Source of the DNA: Reyranellaceae bacterium
GTDB lineage: Bacteria > Pseudomonadota > Alphaproteobacteria > Reyranellales > Reyranellaceae
DNA: 64,000 nucleotides
Assembly (NCBI GenBank): GCA_046349335.1
Contig: JAXMCO010000007.1
Coordinates: 10,039 to 74,038 of the forward strand
Direction of reading: 5' to 3'
A program made the position numbers and the translations under genes. Every line of letters starts with the position of its first letter. Within the stretch, counting starts at the first letter, position 1. The notes under the pieces were generated by a model that was given only the letters and a program-made list of their open reading frames with translations, was not told the origin of the DNA and did not search any database. This document shows, piece after piece, positions 40,407 to 49,951 of this stretch.

Positions 40407-40610
40407 GAAGTCATCCTATCGCGAAACCGGGATGGACGCCGCCGGAGTCCCGGGCGGTGGTCGAGAGCCGGACCTTGGATGCTCGAAGATCGGTCGCTCG
40501 GCCATCCCGACTCGATGGTCGTGCCCGAGCCCGCCGGGAGGCGGACTCCCAGGAGGGGCGGAGGCGCCACGATTGCCCGCGGCGCCCTGGTTCGCGGATG
40601 TGCCGACTTC

Positions 40611-40844
40611 CTACTGCAGGGCCTTGCCGCCCTGAGTGGTGCAAGTGACCACGTCCCTGGTCTCCGTCCAGCCCTGGCCCTTGCACGCATTCTGTCCTTT
40701 GCAGGCCGACGTTGCCGTCTTGCACGCGCTCGTGCCCTTGCACGAATTGACGCCGCCGCACTTCACGCCGGCGTGGGCTGTCGTGGCGAAGCTGCCGGCA
40801 GCGAAGACCGCCGCCGCGGTCGCAATAAGAGCCTTCCTGGTCAT
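40611..40844 (-). CDS. Cys-rich secreted RiPP precursor (bufferin BufA2-like)
   Basis: Signal peptide ending AHA; core VKCGGVNSCKGTSACKTATSACKGQNACKGQGW..C...GG; GAGGGAG RBS. Confidence 0.9.
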   Translation of the reverse strand: MTRKALIATAAAVFAAGSFATTAHAGVKCGGVNSCKGTSACKTATSACKGQNACKGQGWTETRDVVTCTTQGGKALQ

Positions 40845-40960
40845 CTGTCACTCCCTCGTAGAAGCGCTTCGCGAAACGCCGATGAGCGCTCCATCCGAAG
40901 CATGACTCGCTCAGCCGCCATCGGGAAGTCAGGTCTTGGCGACGGGGCGTGAAGAGTCGA

Positions 40961-42094
40961 TCACCGCTGTGTGAAGCGCGCCGGCGACAGAGCGGCCTCG
41001 GCGACGCCGAGCTCGGCGATGTCGCGAGGCAGGCCGCGGCCCCGTGCCAGGCTTGCCGCCAACCGGCCGGCGGCTTCGCCGGTCTGGATTCCGTAGCCGC
41101 CCTGGCCGGCCAGCCAGAAGAAGCCCTCGACCTTGGGATCGAAGCCCACCACGAGATTCTTGTCGGCGACGAAGCTCCGCAGACCTGCCCATTTGTTCTT
41201 GATGCGTCGGATGGAAAGGCTTGTCGCCGCCTCGATGCGTTCGACGGCGATGGCGATGTCCATATCCTCGGGCTGTGCGTCGCACGGCGGCGACGGCGTC
41301 TCGTCGGCGGGCGAGCCGAGGAACTGGCCGACCTCGGGCTTGATGTACCAGGTCTCGTCGAAGTCGATGGCCATCGGCATCGGCGCGAGATCGAGATCGG
41401 CCGGCGCATCGAAAGTGAAAGCGGTGCGACGCTTGGGAATCAGGCCCACCGGCGCCGCGCCGGCCAGACTGGCCAGAATGTCGGCCCACGCACCGGAGGC
41501 GTTGACGATGCTTGCGGCGCTGACGCTTTCGCCATCGCGCAGCCGGATCGTCCAGCGTCCATCCTTGCGGTCGAGAGTCGTGACCTCGGCATCGAGGCGC
41601 AGCATCGCGCCGGCTGCCCGCGCGCCCTTGAGGAAGCCGCCATGGATCGCCGCCACGTCCATGTCCTCGGCCTCCTCGAAGATGGCGCCGCCGGCGGCCG
41701 TCTCGGGCTTGAGCAAAGGCTGTCGGCGCAGCGCCTCCGGCGGATCGAGCCAGCGCACGCTCGGCACCAGACGGGCATACTCGGCGGCGGCCTTCTGCGT
41801 AGCTGCCTGCTGCTCGGCGCGGCCGACGATCAGCGCGCCGCGCGGCGTGAGCAGGGGATGGTCGGTGAAGCCGGCCGGCGGCTGGCGATAGAAGCGACCG
41901 GACACCACCGTGATGGCGCGGATCTCGGCGCTGCCGTAGGTCTCGGAATGCAGTGCCGCCGAGCGACCGGTCGTGTGGTAGGCCGCGACATGCTCGCGCT
42001 CCAGGATGACCACGCTGGCGTGCGGCGCGAGACGATAGGCGGCGGATACCCCGGCAATGCCGGCGCCGACGACGGCGAAATCGAAATGCTGCAT
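40961..42094 (-). CDS. FAD-dependent D-amino acid oxidase-family protein (DauA-like)
   Basis: VGAGIAG, HTTGRSAA, WAGLRSF, GQGGYGIQT. Confidence 0.9.
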   Translation of the reverse strand: MQHFDFAVVGAGIAGVSAAYRLAPHASVVILEREHVAAYHTTGRSAALHSETYGSAEIRAITVVSGRFYRQPPAGFTDHPLLTPRGALIVGRAEQQAATQKAAAEYARLVPSVRWLDPPEALRRQPLLKPETAAGGAIFEEAEDMDVAAIHGGFLKGARAAGAMLRLDAEVTTLDRKDGRWTIRLRDGESVSAASIVNASGAWADILASLAGAAPVGLIPKRRTAFTFDAPADLDLAPMPMAIDFDETWYIKPEVGQFLGSPADETPSPPCDAQPEDMDIAIAVERIEAATSLSIRRIKNKWAGLRSFVADKNLVVGFDPKVEGFFWLAGQGGYGIQTGEAAGRLAASLARGRGLPRDIAELGVAEAALSPARFTQR

Positions 42095-42155
42095 GGGCAC
42101 ACATTGCAAGGTCGTCGCCGGGCCTGCAATAGTCGACCGGACGGATCGAGCTGCC

Positions 42156-43676
42156 ATGAATATCGCCAATCTGCTCCTGGGCTCAGCGCGTGAATTCCGC
42201 GATCTGCCGGCGCTCGCGCACGGCACGTCGCGCCATCTCGGCTATCGCGAATTGTGGCGCCGGGTCTCGGTGATGAGCATGCATCTGCGGACCCGCTTCC
42301 GGCTCGAGCGCGGCGACCGCGTGGCCTTCGCCCTGTCGAATTGCGTGCAGTCGATCGAGGCGATGTACGCCGTGTGGCACGCCGGCCTTTGCACCGTGCC
42401 GATGAACGCCAAGCTGCATGCCAGGGAATTCGCCTTCATCCTGGAGAATTCGGGGGCGAAGCTCTGTTTCGTCACGCCCGACCTAGCCGTTACCATCGCC
42501 GAGGCCGCCAAGGAAGCGCCGGAGCTGCGCGAGATCGTCGACGTGACGACGCGCTCCTATACCTTCATGGCGGTCGGCGATCCGACGGCGTTGACGGACG
42601 CGGAGCCCACCGATCCGGCCTGGTTGTTCTACACGTCGGGCACGACCGGCCGGCCGAAGGGCGCCACGCTCACCCATCGCAATCTTCTGACGATGACGCT
42701 CAACTACTATGCCGACGTCGACCGGCCGTCGCCGGGCGGCTCGATCCTGCATGCCGCGCCGATCAGTCACGGTTCGGGCCTGTGGAGCTTCCCCCTGCTG
42801 GCACGCGGCGCGGTCCAGGTTTTTCCCGAGAGCGGCAAGTACGACGTGCCGGAGACGGTCGAGCTGATGAATCGCTGGCCCGACTGCAGCATCTTTCTCG
42901 CGCCGACGATGGTGAAGCGGTTGATCGAGCACGGCAGCGTCGCCGAGCTCAGGCCCGACGCGCTGCGGCTGGTCTCTTACGGCGGCGCGCCGATGTACGT
43001 GTCCGATCTCAAGCGGGCGCTCGCTCTCTTGGGCAACAAGCTCTGCCAGCTCTACGGTCAGGGCGAGAGCCCGATGACCATCACCCATCTCAGCCGCGAG
43101 ATGCATGCCGACCGCGAGCATCCGCGCTGGGAGCAGCGTTTGGCGTCGGCCGGCCGTCCCGATTCATGCGTCACCGTGCGCGTGGTCGACGAAGCGGGGC
43201 GCGCGCTGCCGGCCGGCGAGGTCGGCGAGATCATCGTCAAGGGCGATACGGTGATGGCCGGCTACTGGAACGATGCACCGGCGACGGCTCGCTCGTTGCG
43301 TGACGGCTGGCTGTGGACCGGCGATGTCGGTGCGTTCGACGAGGAGGGGCTGCTCACCCTGAAGGACCGATCGAAGGACATGATCATCTCCGGCGGCTCC
43401 AACATCTATCCGCGCGAGATCGAGGACGTGCTGAACCTCCATCCCGCGGTTGCGGAATGCTCGGTGGTCGGCCGTCCGCATCCGGAATGGGGCGAGGAGG
43501 TGGTGGCCTTCGTCGTCGCTCGCCACGGCAACACGCCGGCACCGGGCGAGCTCGACCAGCTCTGTCTCGACAACATCGCCCGCTTCAAGCGCCCCAAGGA
43601 CTACAAGTTCGTCGAGGCGTTGCCCAAGAACAACTACGGCAAGATTCTCAAGACCGAACTGCGCAAGCTGCTGTAG
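42156..43676 (+). CDS. Acyl-CoA synthetase (AMP-forming)
   Basis: YTSGTTGRPKG, YGQGE, TGDVG, PKNNYGKILK. Confidence 0.94.
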   Translation: MNIANLLLGSAREFRDLPALAHGTSRHLGYRELWRRVSVMSMHLRTRFRLERGDRVAFALSNCVQSIEAMYAVWHAGLCTVPMNAKLHAREFAFILENSGAKLCFVTPDLAVTIAEAAKEAPELREIVDVTTRSYTFMAVGDPTALTDAEPTDPAWLFYTSGTTGRPKGATLTHRNLLTMTLNYYADVDRPSPGGSILHAAPISHGSGLWSFPLLARGAVQVFPESGKYDVPETVELMNRWPDCSIFLAPTMVKRLIEHGSVAELRPDALRLVSYGGAPMYVSDLKRALALLGNKLCQLYGQGESPMTITHLSREMHADREHPRWEQRLASAGRPDSCVTVRVVDEAGRALPAGEVGEIIVKGDTVMAGYWNDAPATARSLRDGWLWTGDVGAFDEEGLLTLKDRSKDMIISGGSNIYPREIEDVLNLHPAVAECSVVGRPHPEWGEEVVAFVVARHGNTPAPGELDQLCLDNIARFKRPKDYKFVEALPKNNYGKILKTELRKLL

Positions 43677-43701
43677 CGCACAATGCTCTCCTCGGACGAG
43701 G

Positions 43702-44403
43702 TCAGCGTCCCGACCGTGAGGGCACGTTCAGCGTCGAGATGTAGGTGTCCAATAAGCTGTCGGAGGCATCGAAAAGAAACATGGCATGTTTTGCCCTCGC
43801 GCTGAGCGCGCCCCCGACGAGCACCGGACCTGACGAGCGGAGCTCGGTGTACAGGTAGCTGATCATGCTCGTTCCCTGAACAGCCACATACGGGTAAATG
43901 CCTTCGCCGCTCGGCGGTCCGAGATCGCGAATGACATCTGCGCGCGTGGTCTGGCCGCGAACTAAGGACGAAATGGTGGTCTCGTTGAAGTTGGTCGAAT
44001 CGGCCGCGAAGTCGCTCGAGAACACGTAGTAGATCAGGCGATCATTCCAGAATTCGAGCGCGAGACTTCTTCCTCTTGTGTTCACGACCCCGACGAGAAG
44101 GAGCGGGGTCGAAACCTGCGTCTGCGAAAATCGCAGGACTTCAATGTTGCCGGGAACGGATGCGTGCTGGAGACCACCGGGACGGCCGGCCTGCGTGGGC
44201 TGACTCGCAGCGCCGCTCGTCGTCGTGTGTACACTCGGCTGCCCGTACCTGGCGATCACTTGGCGGACTGTCGTCCTGCCGAGGAACAGGCCGTCAGCCG
44301 AATTCTGCAAATTGGGGCCGGTTGGAGCACATCCGGTCAAGATCAACGGGACGGCCGCGGCCATCGCAAGAATTGCTCGCCGTTCCACCCAGCAACGATG
44401 CAT
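43702..44403 (-). CDS. Lipoprotein with two SmpA/BamE-like repeats
   Basis: Lipobox LTGC; repeats GRTTVRQVIARYGQPS and GQTTRADVIRDLGPPS. Confidence 0.65.
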   Translation of the reverse strand: MHRCWVERRAILAMAAAVPLILTGCAPTGPNLQNSADGLFLGRTTVRQVIARYGQPSVHTTTSGAASQPTQAGRPGGLQHASVPGNIEVLRFSQTQVSTPLLLVGVVNTRGRSLALEFWNDRLIYYVFSSDFAADSTNFNETTISSLVRGQTTRADVIRDLGPPSGEGIYPYVAVQGTSMISYLYTELRSSGPVLVGGALSARAKHAMFLFDASDSLLDTYISTLNVPSRSGR

Positions 44404-44602
44404 GGAAGTATTCCCGCTGTCTCGGCTTGGTCATCCACCAAGCTCTGGCAGACCGCCTACCACGGGGCGAAAGCCTCGGCACTCCACATAAGTGCATTTC
44501 TCCTGGAGATGCAATCCAAGCGCTTCATGGTGCCTGCGAAGAGAGGTTCACCTTCATGCTAGGCATGCGTTAACGTACGCCTACCAAGGTGAAGGAGGAC
44601 AC

Positions 44603-45262
44603 ATGGGCAGCATGATCGACTTCAAGCGTCCCGACGGCTCGACTTGCAAAGGCTATCTGGCCGAGGCGGGCAGCGGTAAGCCCGGCATCATCGTGATCCA
44701 GGAATGGTGGGGCCTGAACGATCAGATCAAGGGCATCGCCGATCGCTTGGCTGCCGCTGGCTACAATGCACTGGCACCCGACCTTTACAAGGGGCGCGTG
44801 ACTCAGAAGCCGGACGAGGCCAATCACCTGATGACGGGCCTCGATTTCGTCGGCGCGTCGGATCAGGACATCGCCGGCGCGGTCAAGCATCTCGCCGCCA
44901 GCAGCCGCAAGGTCGGTGTCATGGGGTTCTGCCTGGGCGGCGCGCTCACCATCGCCGCCGCGGCCCGCGTGCCGGGTGTCGCTTGCGGCGTGCCGTTCTA
45001 CGGCATTCCGCCCGGACAGCTCGCCGATCCGGCCAAGATCGAGATTCCGATCGAAGGCCACTTTGCCAACCAGGACGATTGGTGCACGCCGCAGCTCGTC
45101 GACGATTTCGAGAAGGCGATGACCGCCGCCGGCAACAAGCCGGCGATCTTCCGGTACGCCGCGGCGCACGCCTTCGCCAACGAGAGCAGCGCTGCTTACG
45201 ACGCAACGGCAGCCAAGCAGGCGTGGGAACGCACGATGGCATTCCTGGGCAAGCACCTCTGA
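44603..45262 (+). CDS. Dienelactone hydrolase-family protein
   Basis: IQEWWGLN, APDLY, GFCLGG, AHAF; GGAGG RBS. Confidence 0.94.
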   Translation: MGSMIDFKRPDGSTCKGYLAEAGSGKPGIIVIQEWWGLNDQIKGIADRLAAAGYNALAPDLYKGRVTQKPDEANHLMTGLDFVGASDQDIAGAVKHLAASSRKVGVMGFCLGGALTIAAAARVPGVACGVPFYGIPPGQLADPAKIEIPIEGHFANQDDWCTPQLVDDFEKAMTAAGNKPAIFRYAAAHAFANESSAAYDATAAKQAWERTMAFLGKHL

Positions 45263-46647
45263 CGCGGCCCGGCATCGGCCTCGCCATCGTCGGGCTGGGT
45301 GCTTCGCTCGCCCCGCTCGATATCGCCGTCAACGTCGCCCTTCCCGACATCACCCGGCACTTCGGGCTGGTGCTGGGCGACGTGCAGTGGCTGGTGATCT
45401 GCTATGTGCTGGTCTACGGCTCGCTGATGCTGGTGTGCGGCAAGCTGGGCGACCTGTTCGGTCATCGCCTGATTTTCCGCAGCGGACTGGCAATCTCGGC
45501 GATCGGCTGTGCGGCCTGCGCGGCGGCTCCCGACTGGCCGCTGTTCCTGCTGGCGCGCGCCGGTCAAGGCGTCGGCACGGCGCTGGCGCTCTCCTGCACG
45601 CCGGCGCTGGCGACCTCGCTGTTTCCCGAGAGTGCCCGGACGCGCGCTCTGGCGGGGTTCGCCAGCAGCATGGCGATTGCCGCGGCTATCGGCCCCTTCC
45701 TCGGCGGCGTGCTGGTCGAGCTCTGGGGCTGGCCGGGCGTCTACTGGGTGCGCGTGCCGATCGCGCTCGCGGCGCTCGGCCTGTCGGGCCTGCTGCCCTC
45801 GCCGAAGCCCGATCCGCGGCCGTTCGATGCGCCGGGCGCCATTCTGCTCGCGTTATGCATGAGCAGTCTCCTGCTGTCGCTCGTGCTATCGCAGCGCCGC
45901 GAGGTCCCGGGGACATGGTCGGCCGCGCTTTTCACAGCGTCGCTCGTCGTCCTGTTCCTCTATATCAAGCGCGCCGGCCGCGTGCCGGAGCCGATCATCC
46001 GGCCCGGCCTCTTTGCCGATCCCGCCTTTGCCGTTCCCAACGTCATGAACGCGCTCGCCAACCTCGCGGGCTTCTCGATCCTGCTGCTGACGCCGTACTA
46101 CCTCGTCAACGTGCTGCAGCTCTCGGCGCTGGTGAGCGGTCTCGTGCTGGCGTTTGCTTATGCCGGCAGCCTGACGGGAGCGCCCCTGTCGGCCTTTCTG
46201 GTGCGCCGGATCGGCCAGCGACCGACGGCCTTCGTCGGCGTGACGCTGGTCGGCCTCGGCCTGTTGCCGCTCGCCTTTACCGGCGCGGCCACGCCGCTCG
46301 TCGTCGTCGCATTCCTGCTGATCGTCGAGGGCGTCGGGCAAGGTCTGCTGACCGTAGCCTACACCGACATCGTCACGGCAACCCTGGCGCAGCGCGATCG
46401 TGGCGTCGCCGGAAGCCTTTCGCTGCTCACGCGCACGCTCGGCATCGTGAGTGGTGCGTCGGTCCTGACGGCCCTTCAAGCGCGTGGTGCTGGCGACATC
46501 GCGGGAGTGGACGGCTTCCTGGCGGGCTATCGTTTCACCTTCCTGGCCGCCGGCGGCGGCCTGCTTGTCGCGCTGACCCTCTCGCGGCTGGTGCCGGGTG
46601 CTTGGTCGGCCCGAACGGGTCGTCATGCCGAGCGCGCGAGAGACTGA
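45259..46647 (+). CDS. MFS transporter (DHA2-like)
   Basis: LDIAVNVALPDI, GKLGDLFGHR, ARAGQGVG, IGPFLGG; start is CTG 45259 or GTG 45223. Confidence 0.9.
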   Translation: MTRPGIGLAIVGLGASLAPLDIAVNVALPDITRHFGLVLGDVQWLVICYVLVYGSLMLVCGKLGDLFGHRLIFRSGLAISAIGCAACAAAPDWPLFLLARAGQGVGTALALSCTPALATSLFPESARTRALAGFASSMAIAAAIGPFLGGVLVELWGWPGVYWVRVPIALAALGLSGLLPSPKPDPRPFDAPGAILLALCMSSLLLSLVLSQRREVPGTWSAALFTASLVVLFLYIKRAGRVPEPIIRPGLFADPAFAVPNVMNALANLAGFSILLLTPYYLVNVLQLSALVSGLVLAFAYAGSLTGAPLSAFLVRRIGQRPTAFVGVTLVGLGLLPLAFTGAATPLVVVAFLLIVEGVGQGLLTVAYTDIVTATLAQRDRGVAGSLSLLTRTLGIVSGASVLTALQARGAGDIAGVDGFLAGYRFTFLAAGGGLLVALTLSRLVPGAWSARTGRHAERARD

Positions 46648-46656
46648 GCGGCTCCC

Positions 46657-47610
46657 TCAAATCTTGATGTTCCCCTTGGCGATGATCTCCCCGAACATCC
46701 TGGTCTCGTTGGCGATGGTCGTGCGGAAGTCGGCGGGGCCGAGGTAGGTGACGCGCAACCCGCCGGCGTGCGCCCTCTGCGCGATCTCGGGTGTGCGCAG
46801 CGACTCCGCGATCGCCTTGTCGAAGCGTGCCACCACCTCCGGCGGCGTGCCGGCCGGCGCCAGGATGCCGAACCAGGAATCGCCGCCATCCTTGCCGTAG
46901 CCTTGCTCCATCAGGGTCGGGACCTCGGGAAAATCGGGGTGGCGGATTTCCGAGAGCATGGCGAGCCCGATCAGCTTGCCCGCCTTCACGTGCGGCAGGC
47001 AGGTCTGGTCGAACTGCACCTGGACTTCGCCCGCGACCAGGGCATTGGTGGCTGGGGCGCTGCCGCGATAGGGCACGTGGGTCATCTTGATGCCCGCCTC
47101 GAAGCACAGCCGCTCGCCGAACAGGTGGGTGATGGTCGCCAGGCCCGAGGAGCTGAAATTGATCTTGCCGGGGTTGGCCTTGGCGTAGGCCACGAACTCG
47201 GCGAACGAGCGCGCCGGCACCGAAGGGTGGATGGCCATGATGCCCCATGACGTGGCCATGCGCGACACGGTGAGAAAATCCTTCTCCGGGTCGAACGGGA
47301 TCGGCTGCAGGTGGCGGGTGATGCAGACCATCGCTGTCGTCGTGGTGAGGAAGGTGTGATTGTCGGGTGTCTGGTTCTTCAGGTACTCGGCGCCGATCAT
47401 GCCGGACGCACCCGCCTTGTTGTCGAACAGCACCGGTTGGCCGAGGATCTGGGCGGCCCGCTCGATGACGATGCGCGTCGAGACGTCGGAGGGCCCGCCC
47501 GGTGGATAGGGGATGACGATGCGGAGCGGCTTGGCGGGCCACTCCTGGGCGGATGCCGGCCCTGCCGCTGCCGCAGCGAGAGCGGAGCCGATGAAAAGGC
47601 GACGACGCAT
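46657..47610 (-). CDS. Bug/TctC tripartite tricarboxylate transporter binding protein
   Basis: IPYPPGGPSD, NKAGASG, HVPYRGSAPA, PEVPT, APAGTP. Confidence 0.93.
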   Translation of the reverse strand: MRRRLFIGSALAAAAAGPASAQEWPAKPLRIVIPYPPGGPSDVSTRIVIERAAQILGQPVLFDNKAGASGMIGAEYLKNQTPDNHTFLTTTTAMVCITRHLQPIPFDPEKDFLTVSRMATSWGIMAIHPSVPARSFAEFVAYAKANPGKINFSSSGLATITHLFGERLCFEAGIKMTHVPYRGSAPATNALVAGEVQVQFDQTCLPHVKAGKLIGLAMLSEIRHPDFPEVPTLMEQGYGKDGGDSWFGILAPAGTPPEVVARFDKAIAESLRTPEIAQRAHAGGLRVTYLGPADFRTTIANETRMFGEIIAKGNIKI

Positions 47611-47782
47611 AGTGTCCTCCCTGGACCCGTTTTGTCGGAGCGTTGATCGTTCGTAGCGCCGGACCGGACGTTAAGGCAACAAAATGGGCAGGAGCGTGAC
47701 GACGATCCCGGTCGAGGCGGCCGCGGTGGCGAAGGCACGTCGACCCGTCGGTGGCGCCTGGCGCCGTGATAGTGTCGAACCG

Positions 47783-48202
47783 ATGAGGCGATTTTCCGAT
47801 GCCCGTGTGGCGGCGATCTTCGACGCCTATCCGCCGCCTATCCGCAGGCGCCTGGCGGCGCTGCGCGCGCTGGTGTTCGAGATCGCTGGCCAGACCGAGG
47901 GTGTCGGCCGGCTTACCGAGACGGTGCGATGGGGCCAGCCGAGCTATCTCACGGAGGAGACCGGCAGCGGCACCACGGTTCGCATCGATCGGCGGAAGGC
48001 GGGCGACGGCTACGCGATTTTCTTCCACTGCCAGAGCGGTCTGGTCGATACCTTTCGCCGGCTTTATCCCGGTGTGTTCAAGTTCCAGGGCGACCGCGCG
48101 ATCGTGTTCGGCCCGGAGGAGGAGGTGCCGCCCCGGGAGCTCGGCCACTGCATCGCGCTCGCCCTCACGCATCATGCGAGGAAGCGCAAGCGGCGACGGT
48201 AG
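47783..48202 (+). CDS. DUF1801 (YdhG-like) protein
   Basis: ETVRWGQPSY, GSGTTVRID, FHCQS.LVDTFR. Confidence 0.85.
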   Translation: MRRFSDARVAAIFDAYPPPIRRRLAALRALVFEIAGQTEGVGRLTETVRWGQPSYLTEETGSGTTVRIDRRKAGDGYAIFFHCQSGLVDTFRRLYPGVFKFQGDRAIVFGPEEEVPPRELGHCIALALTHHARKRKRRR

Positions 48203-48316
48203 GGTCGTCGCAAATAAAGGGAGCCTGACCGCACGCGTGCTATAGTTTTCGTTCGTGTTGCTGGGCAGTCGTTGCACGCGCCCGCTAACGGTCCTCGAGG
48301 AAGGCGCATCTTCGAC

Positions 48317-49951
48317 ATGAGCATCACCGTCTATTCCGCCCGTCGCATCCTGACGATGAATCCGGATCGGCCCTCGGTCAGCCATGTCGCGGTGCGCGAC
48401 GGTCGCGTCCTGGGCGCCGGGACGCTGGAAGAGCTCCGAGGATGGGGCAAGGTCGAGCTCGACGAGCGCTTCGCCGACAAGGTGATTCTGCCCGGCTTCG
48501 TCGAGGGCCACAGCCATGCCTATGAAGGCGGCGTCTGGAAGTTTCCCTATGTCGGCTATTTTGATCGTACTAGCCCCGACGGCGCTCGGTCGAAGGGCCT
48601 GAAGAGCATCGACGAGGTCGTGGCTGCCCTGAGCGTCGTCGAGAAGAGCCTGCCCAAAGGGGCGCCCTTGCTCGCGTGGGGCTTCGATCCGATCTATTTC
48701 GGCGGCCGGCGCATGAACTTGGGCGACACCGACAAGATTTCGACCGATCGCCCGGTCATGGTGATCCACTCGAACTTCCATGTCGCCAATGCCAACACGC
48801 CGGTGCTGGCCAAGGCGGGCATCACGCGCAGCACCAACGTGCACGGCATCGTCAAGGACGAGCACGGCGAGCCGACTGGCGAGTTGCAGGAGATGACGGC
48901 CAAGTACATGGCCTACCGCGCAGCCGGCGTCGAGCTGGCGGCCGTCCTGTCGGACGAGCAGGCGGTGTGGCGCTTCGCCCAGGTCGCCCAGCTTGCCGGC
49001 GTCACCACGGCGACCGACCTGCACAATGAGCTGCCGGACAGCACCGTCGAGGGCTACCTGAAGGCCAGCGCGTCGGAGGACTTCCCGCTGCGCCTGCTGC
49101 CGGCCTTTGCCGCCGCCTCGGTGCCGCCCGAGCAGGGCATAGCCCGCCTAAAATCTCTGATGAAGCGCAACAATGATCGGCTGCGCTTTCAGCTCGTCAA
49201 GATCGTCACCGACGGCTCGATCCAGGGGTTGTCGGCGCGCATGCGCTGGCCGGGCTACTACGACGGCACGCCCAACGGCGTGTGGAACATCGGCCCGGAC
49301 GACATCGACCGTATCCTGCTCGCCTATCATCGTGCCGGCTTCCAGGTGCATATCCATACCAACGGCGACGAGGCCTCCGAGGTCGCCATCGAGGCGGTCG
49401 AGCGGGCGCTCGCCGCGGCACCGCGGTGGGATCATCGCCACACGCTGCAGCACGCGCAGATGGCCGACGCCGGCCAGTTCCGCCGCATGAAGGCGCTCGG
49501 CATGTGCGCCAACCTGTTCGCCAACCACCTCTTCTATTGGGGCGACATCCACTACGCCAAGACGTTGGGTCCGGAGCGTGCCGAGCGCATGGATGCCTGC
49601 GGCACGGCGCTGGCGACCGGCGTGCCGTTCGCCATCCATTGCGATGCGCCGGTGACGCCGATCGGCCCGTTGTTCACCGCCTGGTGCGCGGTCAACCGGC
49701 TGACCGCGTCGGGCCGGACGTTGGGCGAGGTCGAGAAGATCTCCGTTGCCGACGCGCTGCGCGCCATCACCCTGGGTGCGGCCTACACGCTGAAGCTCGA
49801 CGAGGAGCTGGGCAGCATCGACGTCGGCAAGCGCGCCGACTTCGCCATCCTCGACGACGACCCGCTGGCGGTTGCCCCCGACAAGCTCAAGGACGTCGGC
49901 GTCTGGGGCACCGTCGTCGGCGGTCGGATTTTCGAAGCGCGCAAGGCGTGA
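48317..49951 (+). CDS. Amidohydrolase family 3 (YtcJ-like)
   Basis: PGFVEGHSH, KIVTDGSIQG, IHTNGD, LQHAQ, HCDAPV, GKRADF. Confidence 0.92.
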   Translation: MSITVYSARRILTMNPDRPSVSHVAVRDGRVLGAGTLEELRGWGKVELDERFADKVILPGFVEGHSHAYEGGVWKFPYVGYFDRTSPDGARSKGLKSIDEVVAALSVVEKSLPKGAPLLAWGFDPIYFGGRRMNLGDTDKISTDRPVMVIHSNFHVANANTPVLAKAGITRSTNVHGIVKDEHGEPTGELQEMTAKYMAYRAAGVELAAVLSDEQAVWRFAQVAQLAGVTTATDLHNELPDSTVEGYLKASASEDFPLRLLPAFAAASVPPEQGIARLKSLMKRNNDRLRFQLVKIVTDGSIQGLSARMRWPGYYDGTPNGVWNIGPDDIDRILLAYHRAGFQVHIHTNGDEASEVAIEAVERALAAAPRWDHRHTLQHAQMADAGQFRRMKALGMCANLFANHLFYWGDIHYAKTLGPERAERMDACGTALATGVPFAIHCDAPVTPIGPLFTAWCAVNRLTASGRTLGEVEKISVADALRAITLGAAYTLKLDEELGSIDVGKRADFAILDDDPLAVAPDKLKDVGVWGTVVGGRIFEARKA

